In this document: one piece after another, positions 15,682 through 20,936 of the stretch
How the letters are laid out: each line of letters opens with the position of its first letter
Numbering within the stretch: position 1 is the first letter of the stretch
Notes under the pieces: model-generated
Databases searched by the model: none
What the model saw: the letters and a program-made list of their open reading frames with translations, nothing else
Told to the model about the DNA's origin: nothing
Made by a program: the position numbers and the translations under genes
From: Bdellovibrionia bacterium
GTDB lineage: Bacteria > Bdellovibrionota > UBA1018
Direction of reading: 5' to 3'
Length of the DNA stretch: 20,936 nucleotides
Assembly (NCBI GenBank): GCA_045805065.1
Contig: JBJMMA010000257.1
Location: forward strand, 1-20,936

Positions 15682-16938
15682 ATGTGGGGCTGGATCATCG
15701 CTATCGCCGTCATTCTCAGCCTGGGCCTGAGTGCGAGTTCAAGCCTAGCCGCACGCGTTGTGCTCTCCTGCGGATCCATGGGAAAAGAGCTCGAGGTCTG
15801 TCGTTCCAGCGCTGAAGCGTGGGCCAAGAAAACCGGAAACCAGGTCGAAGTGCTCGCATCACCCAGCGCAGCGGGCGAGCGCCTCGCGCAGTATCAGCTC
15901 CTTCTGGCTGCCGGAAGCTCGGACATCGATGTGTTTCTCATCGATACGACGTGGCCAGGAATGCTGGGTGAGTTCTTTGTGGATCTGAAGAGCTATCCCG
16001 AAGTCCAAGCCGTGACCCCACTGCACTTCAAATCTTTCATCGAGAACAATACGGTTGAGGGAAAGCTGGTCGCGCTTCCCTGGTTTATTGACGCGGGCCT
16101 TCTCTATTATCGATCTGACCTTCTATCTCGCTACCAGGAAAAGGTTCCTGAAACGTGGAGCGAGCTCACGCGAGTGGCGCAGAAGATTCAAACTTCAGAG
16201 AGAGCCCGGGGCAATGCAAAATTCTGGGGCTTTGTTTTCCAAGGACGCGCCTATGAAGGGCTGACTTGCAACGCCTTGGAATGGGTAGATAGCTGGGGCG
16301 GCGGAACGATCGTCAACTCGTCCGGTCAAATCACCGTGGACAGTCCACAAGCCTCTCAAGCATTTGAACTTGCCGCAAAATGGCTGAACGGCTCAAACCC
16401 CATCGCTCCTCGCGGTGTGCTCAACTACATGGAAGAAGAAGCGCGCGGCGTCTTTCAATCCGGTAATGCGGCGTTTATGCGAAACTGGCCATATGCTTTG
16501 AAACTTGCCGATGCTCCCGATAGTCCTGTCCGCGGCAAAGTCAAGATCGCGCCTCTCCCTCAAGGGGATTCACCGCAAGGAAAACACATTGCGACATTAG
16601 GGGGCTGGTCGCTCGCCGTATCAAAATACTCGCGCAGCAAGGATGCGGCCGTTTCTCTGGTTCAATGGCTTGCTCGTCCTGAAGAACAAAAACGCCGCGC
16701 CGAAATTTTGGGGCAGAATCCAACGATTCGCTCTCTCTATCATGACTCAGAGTTACTCAAGATTTTTGATGTCGCCGTTCCACGTCCCTCCGTCGTCACC
16801 GGAACCAAATACAATCGGGTGAGCTCGGAGTTCTGGGATACCGCTCACACGATTTTATCCGGTGAGGTCCGCGTTCAAGATGGCCTCAAGGATCTGAAAA
16901 AGCGGCTTGATGTCGTTAGCAAGGGAGGCAAATGGTGA
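15682..16938 (+). CDS. thuE: Sugar ABC transporter substrate-binding protein, trehalose/maltose (ThuE-like)
   Basis: IDTTWPG, PWFIDAGLLYYRSDLL, FQGRAYEGLTCNALEW, FMRNWPYA, TLGGWSLAVS and AVPRPS. Start reassigned to ATG 15682 (signal-like MWGWIIAIAVILSLGLSASSSLAA). Confidence 0.85.
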   Translation: MWGWIIAIAVILSLGLSASSSLAARVVLSCGSMGKELEVCRSSAEAWAKKTGNQVEVLASPSAAGERLAQYQLLLAAGSSDIDVFLIDTTWPGMLGEFFVDLKSYPEVQAVTPLHFKSFIENNTVEGKLVALPWFIDAGLLYYRSDLLSRYQEKVPETWSELTRVAQKIQTSERARGNAKFWGFVFQGRAYEGLTCNALEWVDSWGGGTIVNSSGQITVDSPQASQAFELAAKWLNGSNPIAPRGVLNYMEEEARGVFQSGNAAFMRNWPYALKLADAPDSPVRGKVKIAPLPQGDSPQGKHIATLGGWSLAVSKYSRSKDAAVSLVQWLARPEEQKRRAEILGQNPTIRSLYHDSELLKIFDVAVPRPSVVTGTKYNRVSSEFWDTAHTILSGEVRVQDGLKDLKKRLDVVSKGGKW

Positions 16939-17816
16939 AACGCGAAAAGCCCTGGCTGCAACCCTGGCTGTTTTGCCTGCCTGCACTGCTTGTCCTGATC
17001 TCGCTGACAATCCTTCCTTTGGCGCAAACAGTTCGTGACTCTTTTACCAATGCGCATCTTGGAGTCTCACAAGCTGCAGAATGGATTGGCCTTGAGAACT
17101 ACGCCTATCTGCTTCGCGATCCGGATTGGTGGCGTTCTGTCGAAAACACCCTGATTTTCACAGCGTGTTCTGTTTTCCTGGAAACTCTTCTCGGACTGGG
17201 AATCGCTCTCTTGCTTCACTCCAACCTCAAAGGCCGTGGAGCGTTGAGAACGGCTGTTTTGATCCCGTGGGCAATTCCTGCGGTTGTGTCAGCTCGCATC
17301 TGGGCTTGGATGTTCAACGATCTCTATGGTGTGGTCAACGAGGTTCTCACTCGCCTAGGAGTGATCGCATCACCTGTCGCCTGGCTTGCCGATCCTCGTT
17401 TAGCCATGACAACGCTGGTGATTGTTGACGTCTGGAAGACCACACCTTTCATGGCCCTTTTGATTCTTGCTGGCCTTCAATCCATTCCGACAAGCGTACA
17501 TGAAGCCTCGCAGGTCGATGGCGCATCGGCCTGGCGTGAGTTCAAATCCGTCACACTTCCCCTTTTAAGACCTGCCATTGGAGTTGCGGTGTTGTTTCGG
17601 ATGCTTGATGCCTTGAGAATTTTTGATCTGCCGTTTGTGCTCACCAGCAACAGCAAATCGACTTCCGTAATTTCCATCTACGCACGTCAGCAGATGGTGG
17701 ACTTCCAAGATGTGGGCTATGGGTCTGCGGCGGCATTCTTAATCTTTTGTATGACGGCTGTGATTGCGGTGATCTATCTCGCGACGGCAAGAAAACAATT
17801 GGGGCTTGAGCGATGA
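16932..17816 (+). CDS. thuF: Sugar ABC transporter permease (ThuF/MalF-like)
   Basis: 294 aa polytopic membrane protein with LIPWAIPAVVSA, DVWKTTPF and the EAA loop EASQVDGAS. Overlaps the previous stop. Confidence 0.88.
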   Translation: MVKREKPWLQPWLFCLPALLVLISLTILPLAQTVRDSFTNAHLGVSQAAEWIGLENYAYLLRDPDWWRSVENTLIFTACSVFLETLLGLGIALLLHSNLKGRGALRTAVLIPWAIPAVVSARIWAWMFNDLYGVVNEVLTRLGVIASPVAWLADPRLAMTTLVIVDVWKTTPFMALLILAGLQSIPTSVHEASQVDGASAWREFKSVTLPLLRPAIGVAVLFRMLDALRIFDLPFVLTSNSKSTSVISIYARQQMVDFQDVGYGSAAAFLIFCMTAVIAVIYLATARKQLGLER

Positions 17817-18631
17817 AAAAGGCGTTGATCTATCCCATTGTCGCGCTTTTGATAGGCTGGACCGTTTTCCCATTTTATTGGGCAATTGTTACCTCGTTTA
17901 AAGCGGGAAGCGATCTCTTCAAAGTTCAGCTTCTTCCAACGCTCGGCTCGGGCCTCTCAAATTACAAATCCATTTTCTTGGAACAGCCCTTTGGCGAAAA
18001 TATTTTTAATTCCATCTTTGTATCACTTTTGACTGTTCTATTGGCAACGGCGATCGCGCTTTTTGCCTCTTTTGCTTTAGGAAGAAGAGTATTTCCAGGA
18101 AGGCGCGCCATCCTTCTTTGCTTTCTGTTTGTTTCGATGTTTCCGCAAATTGCTGTTCTGTCCGGGCTCTTTGAAATGATTCGGGCGCTTGGGTTATTTA
18201 ACCGAAAGCCTGCACTCATTCTCTCTTACCTGATCTTCACACTGCCTTTCACGGTTTGGACTTTGACAGTTTTTATGAGGGAGTTACCTAAAGGGCTTGA
18301 AGAAGCTGCAATTGTCGATGGTGCAGGGCCATTCACAATCATTTTCAAAGTATTTTTGCCTGTGCTCGCGCCAGCTCTTGTCACTACGACGCTTCTTGGG
18401 TTTATCGCTGCTTGGAACGAGTTCTTATTCGCTCTCACTTTCAGTTTAACCGATCGATCGCGGACCGTTCCGGTCGCAATCGCACTGATGAGCGGAGCAT
18501 CTGAGCATGAGATCCCATGGGGTAGAATCATGGCCGCGTCCGTTCTTGTCACGCTTCCTGTGATCTTTCTGGTCTGGATTTTCCAAAAACGAATTGTCTC
18601 GGGGTTGACCGCCGGAGCGGTGAAGGGATAA
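17813..18631 (+). CDS. thuG: Sugar ABC transporter permease (ThuG/MalG-like)
   Basis: 272 aa. EAA loop LEEAAIVDGA, AWNEFLFA and C-terminal FQKRIVSGLTAGAVKG. ATGA overlap with the previous gene. Confidence 0.88.
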   Translation: MKKALIYPIVALLIGWTVFPFYWAIVTSFKAGSDLFKVQLLPTLGSGLSNYKSIFLEQPFGENIFNSIFVSLLTVLLATAIALFASFALGRRVFPGRRAILLCFLFVSMFPQIAVLSGLFEMIRALGLFNRKPALILSYLIFTLPFTVWTLTVFMRELPKGLEEAAIVDGAGPFTIIFKVFLPVLAPALVTTTLLGFIAAWNEFLFALTFSLTDRSRTVPVAIALMSGASEHEIPWGRIMAASVLVTLPVIFLVWIFQKRIVSGLTAGAVKG

Positions 18632-18636
18632 ATCCT

Positions 18637-19740
18637 ATGGCGCAAGTCTCTATCTTGAATCTCGGTAAACGCTTTGGAAATGCTCCCCCTTCTCTGGACG
18701 ATATCAGCGTCGACATTGAGTCAGGCGAGTTTGTCGTGCTCGTTGGTCCCTCAGGCTGCGGAAAGAGCACGCTTCTTCGATGTGTTGCAGGGCTTGAAAA
18801 ACCAACGGCAGGCGAGATTCGTTTTGATGGACAATCGGTCACTCATCTTTCTCCAGCCGAGCGAGGCATTGGGATGGTCTTTCAGGACTATGCTCTTTAT
18901 CCGCACATGAACGTCAGGGAGAATCTCTCCTTTGGCCTGACTATTCAACGATTGCCAAAGACTGAGATCGTCAAACGAGTCGATGAAGCCGCCGAAATGC
19001 TTGGGCTTGAAAGTCTTTTAAATCGAAAGCCGTCTCAACTCTCAGGCGGACAACGCCAGCGCGTAGCGATCGGCCGGGCGCTTGTCAAAAGACCCAAGGT
19101 CTTTCTCCTGGATGAGCCACTTTCTAATCTCGATGCGCAACTCAGGGCACAAACCCGCCTTGAAATCGCAGCTCTTCATCGCAGAATTGGGAGCACCACG
19201 ATTTATGTGACTCATGACCAGGAAGAAGCCATGACTTTGGCGGACCGAATCGTTGTTCTCAAAGCAGGAAGACTGCAGCAAGTCGGCGCTCCTCTTGAGC
19301 TTTACAACGAGCCAATCAATCGATTTGTTGGATCCTTTATCGGAAGCCCTAGAATGAACTTCATCGAAGGCAGGCTTGAGATCGGCTACTTAAATGGGAC
19401 ATTCATCGTAGGACATCAACGAATTGATATTCCTCGCTCTCGCTGCCCCGCCCAATCAGGTCCATACATTCTTGGCTTTCGTCCTGAGGCTTTTGAATGG
19501 AATGAGCGCAGAGTTTTACTCGAGCTCGATTGGATTGAGTATCATGGCTTTGATGTTCACTTGATCGCAAATCTTGCCGGCCAACGCATCACACTTCGCT
19601 CGCCTGAGAAAGAACTGCCTAGAAAGCTTGATGTTGGAAGCCGCTTCTCCGTTGAGATTAATCCGAGCGAGCTTCATTGGTTCTCTACGACAGGAGACCA
19701 AAAGCGAATCGAAATTTCTCCGGCGCGCTCAGTTGCGTAA
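18637..19740 (+). CDS. thuK: Sugar ABC transporter ATP-binding protein (ThuK/MalK/UgpC family)
   Basis: Walker A GPSGCGKS, Q-loop VFQDYALYPH, signature LSGGQRQR, Walker B FLLDEP, H-loop YVTHD and a C-terminal regulatory domain. Confidence 0.9.
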   Translation: MAQVSILNLGKRFGNAPPSLDDISVDIESGEFVVLVGPSGCGKSTLLRCVAGLEKPTAGEIRFDGQSVTHLSPAERGIGMVFQDYALYPHMNVRENLSFGLTIQRLPKTEIVKRVDEAAEMLGLESLLNRKPSQLSGGQRQRVAIGRALVKRPKVFLLDEPLSNLDAQLRAQTRLEIAALHRRIGSTTIYVTHDQEEAMTLADRIVVLKAGRLQQVGAPLELYNEPINRFVGSFIGSPRMNFIEGRLEIGYLNGTFIVGHQRIDIPRSRCPAQSGPYILGFRPEAFEWNERRVLLELDWIEYHGFDVHLIANLAGQRITLRSPEKELPRKLDVGSRFSVEINPSELHWFSTTGDQKRIEISPARSVA

Positions 19741-19922
19741 CTATCGCATATGATCTCAACGCTGCGTGCAACGCTTTTTAACGCGCGTTATTTAATTGAT
19801 AGCGCACAGTCCCAACCTACAACTCATATAGACATTTCATTTTATCGAAGCTATACCCCACCACCTGCTCGCGCGACTTTGACTCGGCATCATTGATAAC
19901 TTCCTAAAATCGGATGTGAGAA

Positions 19923-20936
19923 ATGAACAAAGTCGCCTTGCCTCGCGAGAGATTAACTGCTCCTTGCTTTATTGGCGGAAGGTTTGTTGAAGGAAACGGA
20001 GACCGGTTTGAGATCACTTCTCCCTGGTTTGGTTCGACTGTCGGTGAATCACGCGAAAGCACCCAGGACGATCTTAATTTAACTGTAAATATCGCACGAG
20101 AAGCGTACGCAAAATGGTCGCAAACGCCGATCAAAGAACGCACTCAGGTGATGTTCAATTTTCGCGAGATTCTCCTCCGCGATATTGAAAAGATTTCTCA
20201 GGTTGTATCTCTCGAAAACGGAAAGCTTGTCAGCGAAGCGAAAGCAGGACTTCTGAAGGGCATTGAGGTTCTCGAATTCGCTACGGGCCTTCAGAACTCG
20301 GACACCGGCGGAAGGCTCGAAGTTTCTCGCGGAGTCTTTTGTGAGTACCGCCGTGAATCTTTAGGCGTGGTCGCCAGCATTACTCCGTTCAATTTTCCAG
20401 CCATGGTTCCGATGTGGACGATTCCCATTGCACTGACTCTAGGTAACAGCTTTATCTGGAAGCCATCTGAAAAGACCCCGCTCACGAGCGTGTTTCTTGC
20501 TCAAGCGCTTCAAGAAGCCGGCCTTCCTGATGGCGTATTCAACGTTCTCCAAGGTGGAAGATCGATCGTTGAAGCGATCCTGGATCATCCTGAGATTCCT
20601 GCCATCAGCTTTGTGGGATCGACGAAGATCGCAAAGTTCGTCTACGAACGTGGAACACGTTACGGGAAGCGCGTTCTTGCTCTGGGTGGCGCTAAGAACC
20701 ACATCTTTCTTCTGCCAGACGCGGAAAAGGAAATGACGGGCAAAGGCATCGCCGACTCTTTTACCGGATGCGCAGGTCAAAGATGCATGGCCGCGAGCGT
20801 TCTACTGCCGATTCAAGACTCGTCCGCGCATATTGAAAAGATCGTCGAAGAAGCTTCCAAGGTTCGCCTGGGTCAGGATATGGGAGCCGTGATCTCAAAG
20901 GATCAACTTACCTACCTCACCGAAGCGATCGGCCGT
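19923..20936 (+). CDS. mmsA: CoA-acylating methylmalonate-semialdehyde dehydrogenase (3'-partial, runs off the window)
   Basis: Absent from the ORF track. Manual translation from ATG 19923 is open to the window end (MNKVALPRER...) and contains ITPFNFPAMVPMW, WKPSEKTP, ISFVGST, LGGAKNH and catalytic GCAGQRCMA, characteristic of ALDH family 6. Confidence 0.93.
   Translation, partial: MNKVALPRERLTAPCFIGGRFVEGNGDRFEITSPWFGSTVGESRESTQDDLNLTVNIAREAYAKWSQTPIKERTQVMFNFREILLRDIEKISQVVSLENGKLVSEAKAGLLKGIEVLEFATGLQNSDTGGRLEVSRGVFCEYRRESLGVVASITPFNFPAMVPMWTIPIALTLGNSFIWKPSEKTPLTSVFLAQALQEAGLPDGVFNVLQGGRSIVEAILDHPEIPAISFVGSTKIAKFVYERGTRYGKRVLALGGAKNHIFLLPDAEKEMTGKGIADSFTGCAGQRCMAASVLLPIQDSSAHIEKIVEEASKVRLGQDMGAVISKDQLTYLTEAIGR

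Noticed and set aside
19904..20780. Short ORFs in the track at 19904-20143, 20291-20485, 20439-20780 and 20497-20736
   Set aside because: All lie over the mmsA reading frame (19923 to window end) and are shadows of it.
1..20936. Mobile element, prophage, defence island or RNA genes
   Set aside because: By eye I found no transposase, integrase, phage, toxin-antitoxin or nuclease motifs and no tRNA/rRNA-like sequence. A covariance-model scan would be needed to exclude small ncRNAs.

Overview
Gene-dense bacterial chromosomal window with 21 supported protein-coding genes. I saw no rRNA, tRNA, CRISPR array, transposase, integrase or phage genes. Housekeeping and metabolic genes include a D-amino-acid dehydrogenase, an alpha/beta hydrolase, an RMD1/DUF155-like protein, a single-domain response regulator, type-2 ileS plus trmO, truC-mtnN-pepP, a ThuEFGK-like trehalose/maltose ABC transporter, and a 3'-truncated mmsA that the ORF track misses. 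These are interleaved with orphan secreted proteins and small stress-type genes (SFPASDPP-motif protein, DUF4142, DUF6496). The overall style suggests Bdellovibrionota/Oligoflexia, but that is inference only. I found no single clearly novel multi-gene system. The best leads are: (1) an orphan secreted Cys-rich protein with a clan CD (gingipain/caspase-like) His-Cys dyad signature; (2) a tandem array of three REP-like hairpins at 3474-3558 whose variation preserves pairing; (3) sigma54-type -24/-12 motifs correctly placed before three uncharacterised genes, one overlapping the putative ileS promoter on the opposite strand; (4) a plant-type MTA nucleosidase.
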